Positions 8,728 through 15,671 of a stretch of 40,551 bases of DNA are shown here, in pieces; position 1 is the first letter of the stretch, and each line of letters opens with the position of its first letter. Source of the DNA: a virus (taxonomy: Duplodnaviria > Caudoviricetes); the IMG/VR virus record IMGVR_UViG_3300033562_000804, positions 1-40,551 of that record; one strand, written 5' to 3'. The notes beneath the pieces were generated by a model, which did not search any database, was not told the DNA's origin, and saw only the letters and a program-made list of their open reading frames with translations. Made by a program: the position numbers and the translations under genes.

Positions 8728-8974
8728 AAAGAAACTTAAAATTCAAATGGAAAACAATAAAATTATGAATGAAAAGTTAATGAGAATGTCAAATGACAAT
8801 GTTAAATACCAACAAGATAATATAAGACTTGCTGAAAAGGTAGCTAAACTATCTATTGAAATTGAAGATTTAAAAGGATTTAATAAACAATTAGAAGAAG
8901 TTGTAGTTGTTTTAAAAAAAGAAAGATCTAATTTAAAAAGAAAAAACACAATTTTAGAAAAAGAAGTGAAATAA
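8717..8974 (+). CDS. Hypothetical coiled-coil protein
   Basis: Heptad pattern; overlaps its neighbours in operon fashion. Confidence 0.65.
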   Translation: MTNKKKLKIQMENNKIMNEKLMRMSNDNVKYQQDNIRLAEKVAKLSIEIEDLKGFNKQLEEVVVVLKKERSNLKRKNTILEKEVK

Positions 8975-9198
8975 TGGAACAAGAAATTAAATATTATACT
9001 GGTAGCGATGGCATTAAAAAAAACATTACAACTATAGAGACAACTCACTTGACCAATTCCCTTGCTAAAAAGTATAGAGAAATGTTTGAATCAACAACAA
9101 AAGATGATTTTAATAATAGTTTGCTTCTTATCAATGACATTAAAGAAGAACTACACTCAAGACTTAATAAATTTTATGACAACTTAGGAGGTAATTAA
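8974..9198 (+). CDS. Hypothetical protein
   Basis: Start overlaps the preceding TAA. Confidence 0.7.
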   Translation: MEQEIKYYTGSDGIKKNITTIETTHLTNSLAKKYREMFESTTKDDFNNSLLLINDIKEELHSRLNKFYDNLGGN

Positions 9199-9199
9199 A

Positions 9200-9649
9200 T
9201 TGGATAATAATTTTGAAAACGAAACAAATAATAATGATAATGGAATAGGTTATAAAATAAATACAACTAGAGAATACATGGTTTATAAAAGTGAGATGCA
9301 CGAGAAAATGTTTTATAAAGTTCAACTACAAAGAAAAAATTATGATGGAACAAAAGAAAATACTTATAAAAATTTGACATTTAAAAAAGGTATTGAGATC
9401 CCTGATAAAGCAATTATAAGAATTAAAAAAGGATTTGAAGATTTTAGACAAAATCCTAATGATAAATATAATGCAATATGGTCGGTATTTGTTTTAGACT
9501 TTGAATATGTTGAAAATAAAATTAGAGATGAAAAAAACGCTTATGATGAATATCAAAGTATAATAACTGAAAAACAAAAAAGTCCTTATGATTTTGAAAA
9601 TACAGATGAGTTTGTATCTTTAGAATCTTTAGATAACGATTTAGATTAA
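9200..9649 (+). CDS. Putative single-stranded DNA-binding protein
   Basis: GGAGGT RBS; FYKVQLQRKNYDGTKENTYKNLTFKKGIEI beta-rich pattern, acidic C-terminal tail, located after recT. Confidence 0.6.
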   Translation: MDNNFENETNNNDNGIGYKINTTREYMVYKSEMHEKMFYKVQLQRKNYDGTKENTYKNLTFKKGIEIPDKAIIRIKKGFEDFRQNPNDKYNAIWSVFVLDFEYVENKIRDEKNAYDEYQSIITEKQKSPYDFENTDEFVSLESLDNDLD

Positions 9650-9667
9650 AAAAGGAAGGAAGATAAA

Positions 9668-9937
9668 ATGTTAAATTTAATTATTGTACTAGGACAATTA
9701 GTTATAGTATTGATCTTATTTATATTAGCAATAGGTTTATGGAATACAATTATAGATGTAGTTGTAATAAAACCAATTAAAGCATACAAAGCTAATAAAC
9801 TTTTTTTACAACTTGGAGATGATATTATGAATATTATTAACGAGCAATTAAAAAGAGATTTAGAAAAAGAGAACGCTGATAAAAAAGAAATTAAAAAAAC
9901 TACTAAAAAACAAACAAAAACAAAAGATGAAAAATAA
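9668..9937 (+). CDS. Hypothetical membrane-anchored protein
   Basis: GGAAGGAG RBS; N-terminal TM helix and basic tail. Confidence 0.7.
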   Translation: MLNLIIVLGQLVIVLILFILAIGLWNTIIDVVVIKPIKAYKANKLFLQLGDDIMNIINEQLKRDLEKENADKKEIKKTTKKQTKTKDEK

Positions 9938-9949
9938 TTCATCTTTTTT
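9922..9949 (+). terminator. Putative intrinsic terminator
   Basis: AAAAGATGAA-aaataa-TTCATCTTTT followed by T. Confidence 0.55.
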
Positions 9950-9960
9950 AAATATAGGTA

Positions 9961-9989
9961 TTGACTTTTATATATAATAGGTATATACT
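9961..9989 (+). promoter_or_regulatory. Sigma-A promoter for the recombinase operon
   Basis: TTGACT-17 bp-TATACT, then AGAAAGG RBS. Confidence 0.75.
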
Positions 9990-10019
9990 TATGTTAGTTA
10001 AGAAAGAAAGGTTGATTTT

Positions 10020-10916
10020 ATGAAAGAAATTATTTTTAGAGAAAAGGAAGAACTAAACATCAAAAAAAACATGGGTAAGTTTTTAGAATATATAGATGTG
10101 TCTCAAAAAACTATAAAAACCTACGAGATAGCACTTAAACAGTTCGGAGAGTATTTATGCCAAAACAACATTATCACTCCTACAAGAGAGAATATAATAG
10201 CATATAGAGAACATATTGCTAGTTATTTAAAACCTACAAGCGTTAATAGTTATTTAATAGCGGTTAGAAATTTTTATAAATGGTTAGAGTACGAAGAAAT
10301 AACTAAAGATATAACTAAAAACATAAAAGGAATTAAGCTTGAAGAAAGACATCTTAAAAGAGGATTGTCTGAAGAAGAAATTAAATTAGTTTTAGATAAC
10401 TGCAAAGACATACGAGAAGAATTACTTATAAAATTGATGATAAGTTGTGCTTTGAGAGTAAATGAAGTTGTAAATATTAGATTAAATGACTTTTACCAAG
10501 AACAAGGAGTTACAATGTTAAACATCCTAGGAAAAGGAAGGGGCGGTATTAAACAAGATAGAGTTAAAATAGATCAAAGAATATTAGAAATTATGAAACA
10601 ATATATAAATGAATATAACATAAAAGATTATTTATTTACAAGTACAAGTAATAATAAAAAAGAACAATTAACTACAAAGACAATTAGACTTATTGTTACT
10701 AATATATTTAAAAGAAGTGGACTTGATATGAATAGGTTATCTTCTCACTCAACAAGACATACATCTTGTGAGATTTTATTACAAAAAGGTGTTCCAATAC
10801 AAGAAGTTAGTCAGTTTTTAAGACATAAATCTCTATCAACAGTAATGATTTATGCTAAAGAATTAAATCAAAGAACAAGTAAATCAGCAAACATTTTAAG
10901 TGATCAGTTTTTTTAA
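10020..10916 (+). CDS. Tyrosine recombinase/integrase (XerD-like)
   Basis: Catalytic residues R (ALRVNE), K (GKG), HxxR (HSTRH), H (LRHKS), Y (MIYAK); N-terminal core-binding domain. Confidence 0.93.
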   Translation: MKEIIFREKEELNIKKNMGKFLEYIDVSQKTIKTYEIALKQFGEYLCQNNIITPTRENIIAYREHIASYLKPTSVNSYLIAVRNFYKWLEYEEITKDITKNIKGIKLEERHLKRGLSEEEIKLVLDNCKDIREELLIKLMISCALRVNEVVNIRLNDFYQEQGVTMLNILGKGRGGIKQDRVKIDQRILEIMKQYINEYNIKDYLFTSTSNNKKEQLTTKTIRLIVTNIFKRSGLDMNRLSSHSTRHTSCEILLQKGVPIQEVSQFLRHKSLSTVMIYAKELNQRTSKSANILSDQFF

Positions 10917-10928
10917 AGGAGATTAAAT

Positions 10929-11231
10929 ATGAAAGAAAAATGGAAAAAAATTAAAGATAAAATAAAAGATTTTTTCAACTATAAAAAGAGATTTAAAAAT
11001 CAAAATCATAAAAACAAAAGGTTGAAAAAGAAAATAAACAAATTAACAAATGCTTTAATATCAGAATTAAGATTAGATATAACTAATGAAGAAATATAAA
11101 AGTTGAAAAAACAAGTTAGCGATCAAAACAAAACAATAAAAAGATTGAGTTTATAATGTCAAAAATATTTTGATGAACTTATGGATGAATTACACAAAGA
11201 AAAAGGAGAACAAGATGAAAAAAATAACTAG
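10929..11231 (+). pseudogene. Coiled-coil ORF with two in-frame TAA stops (11097, 11154)
   Basis: AAGGAG RBS; MKEKWKK...EEI*KLKKQVSDQNKTIKRLSL*CQKYFDELMDELHKEKGEQDEKNN*, ending in a typical overlap with the next gene. Confidence 0.6.
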
Positions 11232-11415
11232 AAAAGATGGAATAGAGTTTAGTAGAAAATCAAAGACAATAAATTATGATTTTAAAACAACTATAAAATT
11301 AAGTAAAGATCAACACGAAAGAGCAGTAGAAAAAGCAGATCAATTAGGAATAAGCTTTAATGAATTAGTAAGACAAGCAATAGAGTTGTCTATAAAAGAA
11401 AGGAAATTGAGATGA
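11215..11415 (+). CDS. Ribbon-helix-helix DNA-binding protein
   Basis: AAGGAG RBS; KTTIKLSKDQHERAVEKADQLGISFNELVRQAIE. Confidence 0.75.
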   Translation: MKKITRKDGIEFSRKSKTINYDFKTTIKLSKDQHERAVEKADQLGISFNELVRQAIELSIKERKLR

Positions 11416-11504
11416 AATTAAAAATAACTAAAATAGAAAGCATACATAACAAAACACAAGAAAGCAATTCAACAACAGATAAAGGAGTTAAATTGGGACA
11501 ATGA
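11412..11504 (+). CDS. 30-aa hypothetical peptide
   Basis: ATGA-coupled on both sides. Confidence 0.35.
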   Translation: MKLKITKIESIHNKTQESNSTTDKGVKLGQ

Positions 11505-11593
11505 GAACTAAAACAACGAAACAAGACTTATACAAATTATTATGGATTATGATGTGTGCATTTTTAGTAATGTGTACGTTTAGTGGGAGGTAA
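11501..11593 (+). CDS. 30-aa small hydrophobic protein, copy 2 (MRTKTTKQDLYKLLWIMMCAFLVMCTFSGR)
   Basis: Near-identical to 1124..1216. Confidence 0.6.
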   Translation: MRTKTTKQDLYKLLWIMMCAFLVMCTFSGR

Positions 11594-11595
11594 GT

Positions 11596-12057
11596 ATGGA
11601 AGAAACAAATAAAATACCAGAAATTTATTATATGAAAATGATTGAAGGTTCACAAATGTATTATCAATGGTATGTAGATGACTTACAACAAGAAAACGAG
11701 CAACTTAAAAAAGAAATAGGAACATTATATATGATGAAAGATGTTGATAAAATATCTGAATTACAACAAGAAAATGAAACATTAAAAAAAAGAATAGAAG
11801 AAATAACAAGAATAGGTTTATCAGACCATAGATATGCAAGTAACAAAGAAGATGAAGCAATTACTTTACAAATGGAAAAAGCCGAACTAATTGAGTGGTT
11901 GGAAAAGGAAATAAAAGATACATTTGAAAATCAAAAACTAAACGAAACATTATATAGCGATGTTTATTTAAAATACACATCTAACTTACAAGAAGAAGCA
12001 ATCCGCATAAAACTTAATAAAGTCCTAAACAAAATCAAAGGAGATAGTAATGAGTGA
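11596..12057 (+). CDS. Hypothetical coiled-coil phage protein
   Basis: GGAGGT RBS; repeated LQQENE motif. Confidence 0.75.
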   Translation: MEETNKIPEIYYMKMIEGSQMYYQWYVDDLQQENEQLKKEIGTLYMMKDVDKISELQQENETLKKRIEEITRIGLSDHRYASNKEDEAITLQMEKAELIEWLEKEIKDTFENQKLNETLYSDVYLKYTSNLQEEAIRIKLNKVLNKIKGDSNE

Positions 12058-12310
12058 AGAAATAGCAAAAGAGATTTCCGAAAAATACGCAAACGATATT
12101 GAATTATTTGGAACTGTTGACAAAAATGCAGTATCACTAATGTGTAAAGCATTATTACAACAACTCCAAGCATACAAAGACAAAGAAGATAAGTTGAGAG
12201 AGTTATTAGGAAATTATAAACATTATAGTTCTCCGACAGAAAAACAACTATATGAAAACGAAGATATTGTAAATAAGGCTTACAAAATACTAGATGGGAG
12301 TGATGAGTAG
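12050..12310 (+). CDS. Hypothetical protein
   Basis: AAGGAG RBS. Confidence 0.7.
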   Translation: MSEEIAKEISEKYANDIELFGTVDKNAVSLMCKALLQQLQAYKDKEDKLRELLGNYKHYSSPTEKQLYENEDIVNKAYKILDGSDE

Positions 12311-12505
12311 ATGTTCAAATACGACAGAGTTTATGAGAAAAGTGAGATGTCTATTTTAAATAAAATTAAAATGTTATTTTCAAAAAAATTATATATACAG
12401 GACACATTTAAAAGATACACTGTTAAATATACCTATAAAATATATAAAAATAAAATATATTTACTGAATGAAGATGTGATGTTAAATGACCTGCCAACTA
12501 TGTGA
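12311..12505 (+). CDS. Hypothetical protein
   Basis: Abuts the previous stop; GGGAG upstream. Confidence 0.6.
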   Translation: MFKYDRVYEKSEMSILNKIKMLFSKKLYIQDTFKRYTVKYTYKIYKNKIYLLNEDVMLNDLPTM

Positions 12506-12689
12506 AACACACGAAACCGAACACCTATACATTCTAAACGACAACTCCTGCATATGCATATGTGCATTGTGTGGTAAAGTCCTTTGGGAATATAAGATAA
12601 ACACGAAAGACCGATTATTACAACTTGTGCAAATGCTTGAAAGAATTAAGTTTGATAACGAGATGAAAGAAATGGAGAAACAAAGATGA
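12486..12689 (+). CDS. Small putative zinc-binding protein
   Basis: CQLC...CICALC. Confidence 0.6.
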   Translation: MTCQLCETHETEHLYILNDNSCICICALCGKVLWEYKINTKDRLLQLVQMLERIKFDNEMKEMEKQR

Positions 12690-12904
12690 TAGATATAAAT
12701 AGAATTAAACCAATTATAAATGAATTAGAGAAGATTTGGTTAAATCTTCCAGACCAACGATTTGGTCAATTTATAAGTAATATAATTGGAGATATTGCAC
12801 ATAACAATAATATTAGTGATATTTGGTTTCCAGAAGATAACGCATGGTTAGAATATTTAAAAACGTATAATAATACCTTAGAGAAAGGAGAAATAAATGA
12901 ATAG
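12686..12904 (+). CDS. Hypothetical phage protein
   Basis: RIKPIINELEKIWLNLPDQRFGQFI pattern, common in small phage proteins; GGAG RBS. Confidence 0.75.
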   Translation: MIDINRIKPIINELEKIWLNLPDQRFGQFISNIIGDIAHNNNISDIWFPEDNAWLEYLKTYNNTLEKGEINE

Positions 12905-13133
12905 ATTTAATGATGAAAAATACGACACATTGTCCGAATCAGATAAATGTGAAACACCTAATTGTGAAAACAAAAAAGAGTGGAAATACACCTTTCATAG
13001 AAAAGGTGTAATTATTAAACTTGAAGTATGTTCTGATTGTTGTGAAGCTTTACTTGATAATACAAATATGAGATTTCATGATCTAGAAAAAATCGAACCA
13101 CAAAAGATATTAATATTTAAAAAAAATAAGTAA
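12897..13133 (+). CDS. Small putative zinc-binding protein
   Basis: CETPNC...CSDCC; AAGGAG RBS. Confidence 0.65.
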   Translation: MNRFNDEKYDTLSESDKCETPNCENKKEWKYTFHRKGVIIKLEVCSDCCEALLDNTNMRFHDLEKIEPQKILIFKKNK

Positions 13134-13137
13134 AATT

Positions 13138-13166
13138 AAAAGATCACTTTAATTAGTGGTCTTTTT
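13138..13166. terminator. Bidirectional intrinsic terminator between the convergent early and late operons
   Basis: AAAAGATCACT-ttaatt-AGTGGTCTTTT followed by a T-run. Confidence 0.8.
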
Positions 13167-13931
13167 TTATTTTCCAATATAAATTTTTTCGCCCACATAT
13201 AATTTTATTCGATAAAAACTGTCTTTGTTAACCGTATAAAATAATGGTGGTAAATCTTCTTTCAAGTTAGCAATTTCTTTTTCTAAAAGACTAATTTTGT
13301 CATCCAACACTTGATTTTCTTTTATATAAGTTTCTAACTTACTCTTATATGCAGATATTTCATCGTTTAACGCCGATATTTTACCATTTAATGAATTTAT
13401 AGTGTTCTTATATCCTTCTATCTCTTTTTCATCTACAATAGGCTTATTTAAGGAATTTAGTTCGCCACCAATTATATTCAAAAATCGTTGCCAACCTAAA
13501 TCGAGTGTGCGATGCGGACAATATTTATTGCTCCAATCTTGGTGCTTTTTAACTCTATCAATTCCCCATCCTCGTTCTTTTAAAAGTTTAGCCACGAATT
13601 TTGTACAATTTTGTTCTGCTTTTATAAATTTATCGCCACCACTTTTAGAATAACAAATCTCAATTCCTATTGATTTGCGATTTCCGTTTCCGTTTCCGCC
13701 ATCTCCACTGTGCCAAGCATTCCTATTTAAAGGAATACCTTGCACAACTTCAACATCATCGATAGCAAAGTGAAAAGAAACTTGATTTTCGTTTCTGATC
13801 ATATAAGCGACTTCGTTTCTCGCACTGGCATCATTAGCAGTATTATGTATTGTGATAAACTCTGGCGTCATTGTATAAGGACACTTGATATTGTATTTAT
13901 CGCTCGACACTAACATTTCTACTACATTCAT
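13167..13931 (-). CDS. Endolysin, N-acetylmuramoyl-L-alanine amidase (Amidase_2, XlyA/CwlA-like) with a coiled-coil C-terminus
   Basis: ITIHNTANDASARNE, VSFHFAIDD, AWHSGDG, SIGIEIC, KHQDWSNKYCP. Confidence 0.95.
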   Translation of the reverse strand: MNVVEMLVSSDKYNIKCPYTMTPEFITIHNTANDASARNEVAYMIRNENQVSFHFAIDDVEVVQGIPLNRNAWHSGDGGNGNGNRKSIGIEICYSKSGGDKFIKAEQNCTKFVAKLLKERGWGIDRVKKHQDWSNKYCPHRTLDLGWQRFLNIIGGELNSLNKPIVDEKEIEGYKNTINSLNGKISALNDEISAYKSKLETYIKENQVLDDKISLLEKEIANLKEDLPPLFYTVNKDSFYRIKLYVGEKIYIGK

Positions 13932-13932
13932 A

Positions 13933-14295
13933 TTATCGCTCTATTTCTATATCTAGTTCTTCTTCAATCGGTTCTTCTATAATTTCACTAACTTTTAGTA
14001 TCTCTTTTAAATTTAATAGTGCTTTTCCTAGATACATTATAATTGCCGATTTAATAAGTACATCAGGTGCTATTTCTAACTCGCCGATATTTATCATACC
14101 GAACAACTTATCATATACTATTGCCGAACCAATAAATCCGTAAGATATAATTATCGCTTTGCCAATTCCTATAAACAATTTTTTAAAACTAAAATCTTGT
14201 TTCAATTTCTCTAAACTATTATAAAGTCCTAGAACTAAGTTCATTGATATTGCCAAAAACAAATATGGCAACAAGTCTATTACTATTTTTATCAT
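13933..14295 (-). CDS. Putative holin
   Basis: About three TM segments, acidic tail, immediately upstream of the endolysin. Confidence 0.7.
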   Translation of the reverse strand: MIKIVIDLLPYLFLAISMNLVLGLYNSLEKLKQDFSFKKLFIGIGKAIIISYGFIGSAIVYDKLFGMINIGELEIAPDVLIKSAIIMYLGKALLNLKEILKVSEIIEEPIEEELDIEIER

Positions 14296-14627
14296 AAATT
14301 TCTCCTATCTTTTGAAATGAAAATTAAAAATAATCCAAGCAGTATTGGTAAAGTAAAAACAACATTAAAATTAACTAAAATAACGCTACTAACAGTAAAA
14401 TATAATAAAGTTAATAACGTACAAGTTATAATTCCAAAATGCCTTGTTTTACCCCTTAAAATCCAAAATATAATACTTATAAAAATAATTGGAATTAAGG
14501 TCTTAAAATATAAACCAATTAAGACCACTAATCCTGTTTGAATTAAATTTATTATTATTGTTAATATTAAATATATATTTTTCCAATTACTCAAAAAAAC
14601 TTGCAATTTTTTTAGATATTTTTTCAA
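14292..14627 (-). CDS. AgrB-like membrane peptidase (short, divergent)
   Basis: About four TM segments with FWILRGKTRHFGIITCTLLT, echoing the AgrB LR...H...C motif; the TTG start is uncertain. Confidence 0.6.
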   Translation of the reverse strand: MKKYLKKLQVFLSNWKNIYLILTIIINLIQTGLVVLIGLYFKTLIPIIFISIIFWILRGKTRHFGIITCTLLTLLYFTVSSVILVNFNVVFTLPILLGLFLIFISKDRRNL

Positions 14628-14661
14628 TTTTTTTCTTAAATGGAAACCAAAATAAACTCAT
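14587..14661 (-). CDS. 24-aa peptide MSLFWFPFKKKIEKISKKIASFFE, AgrD-like candidate
   Basis: Strong AAGGAGGT RBS and ATGA overlap with the upstream stop; not in the ORF track. Confidence 0.7.
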   Translation of the reverse strand: MSLFWFPFKKKIEKISKKIASFFE

Positions 14662-15242
14662 TTTAATACCTCCTTTACTTTGTTTTTTATTAAAATTATA
14701 ACATACATAAATATATAATAATCAAGACCTAACAAAAATCTTACTAGTGAACTATCTATATTGTTATAATCTATTCCTAATAACTTAAATTTTATAACAT
14801 AGAATAAAAATTGTATAAAAAATATGATTATTATATATAAAAAAGTGCTTATAATAGATGATATTTTTAAACTTTTTAAATATCTATACATAAAATAAAA
14901 TAAAATTATAAATATATTGCCAACTACTATATTGCTTATATTATGAACAATAGAGATAGCAAAGGAAAATGGTATGCTCAAACACACTATTTCCTTATAA
15001 TTATTCTCTTTTTCCATAAAAAACAAAGTTATTATATTACCTAAAAATGTATATATAAAATAAAACAATGTTTCTATAACAAAAAATTTCTTGATACTTC
15101 CTATTTTTATTTGTAAAGAATATAGTTCTACTTCTCTACAAAAAATGTTATATATAATTACAAAAACTATAAAAAATAATATTATTATTAAATTATATAA
15201 AAGTCCTTTTTTTTCAATTTCATTTTGCAATTTCTTCATCAA
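14658..15242 (-). CDS. Polytopic membrane protein, possibly like an AgrC sensor domain but with no kinase domain
   Basis: About six hydrophobic segments in 194 aa; no H-box or ATPase motifs. Confidence 0.65.
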   Translation of the reverse strand: MMKKLQNEIEKKGLLYNLIIILFFIVFVIIYNIFCREVELYSLQIKIGSIKKFFVIETLFYFIYTFLGNIITLFFMEKENNYKEIVCLSIPFSFAISIVHNISNIVVGNIFIILFYFMYRYLKSLKISSIISTFLYIIIIFFIQFLFYVIKFKLLGIDYNNIDSSLVRFLLGLDYYIFMYVIILIKNKVKEVLK

Positions 15243-15606
15243 AACTATCTCTAACTTTCTTCTCGTATTTATCTATATATGTCTTTGCTTTTATTTCAAC
15301 ACCGCTATTACCGTTCATTTCTAAATATTTTTTTGAAGCGTTATATCTTTTTTCATCAGACATATTTTTATTTACTATAATAAGGCTTAATATATCTAGT
15401 GTGTGGTGATCTTGTTCTTTTTTTAAATTATCAACCTTATCATTTAATTTGTTCATTCCGTCTGTAATATTTTCTATAAATTTTCTTATTTCTTCTATAA
15501 AACTTTTAATCCATGCAATAGGTTTCATTCCTATATTTATTAAAATTATTAAAGCACTTCCCACACTTCCTGCTAATAATATTTTTGCTATTAAAGTTTC
15601 AAACAT
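15220..15606 (-). CDS. Membrane-anchored lysis-region protein (holin-like)
   Basis: N-terminal TM, coiled coil, KKYLEMNGNSG motif. Confidence 0.6.
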   Translation of the reverse strand: MFETLIAKILLAGSVGSALIILINIGMKPIAWIKSFIEEIRKFIENITDGMNKLNDKVDNLKKEQDHHTLDILSLIIVNKNMSDEKRYNASKKYLEMNGNSGVEIKAKTYIDKYEKKVRDSFDEEIAK

Positions 15607-15671
15607 TTTATATCACCACTATTTCTTTTTAATGTTTTCATAAGTTGTTCCCTTTCGTTATTCTTTTTTAT

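Noticed and set aside
1124-11593. Diversity-generating retroelement TR/VR pair
   Set aside because: No reverse transcriptase in the window, and the differences are not confined to adenines of one copy.
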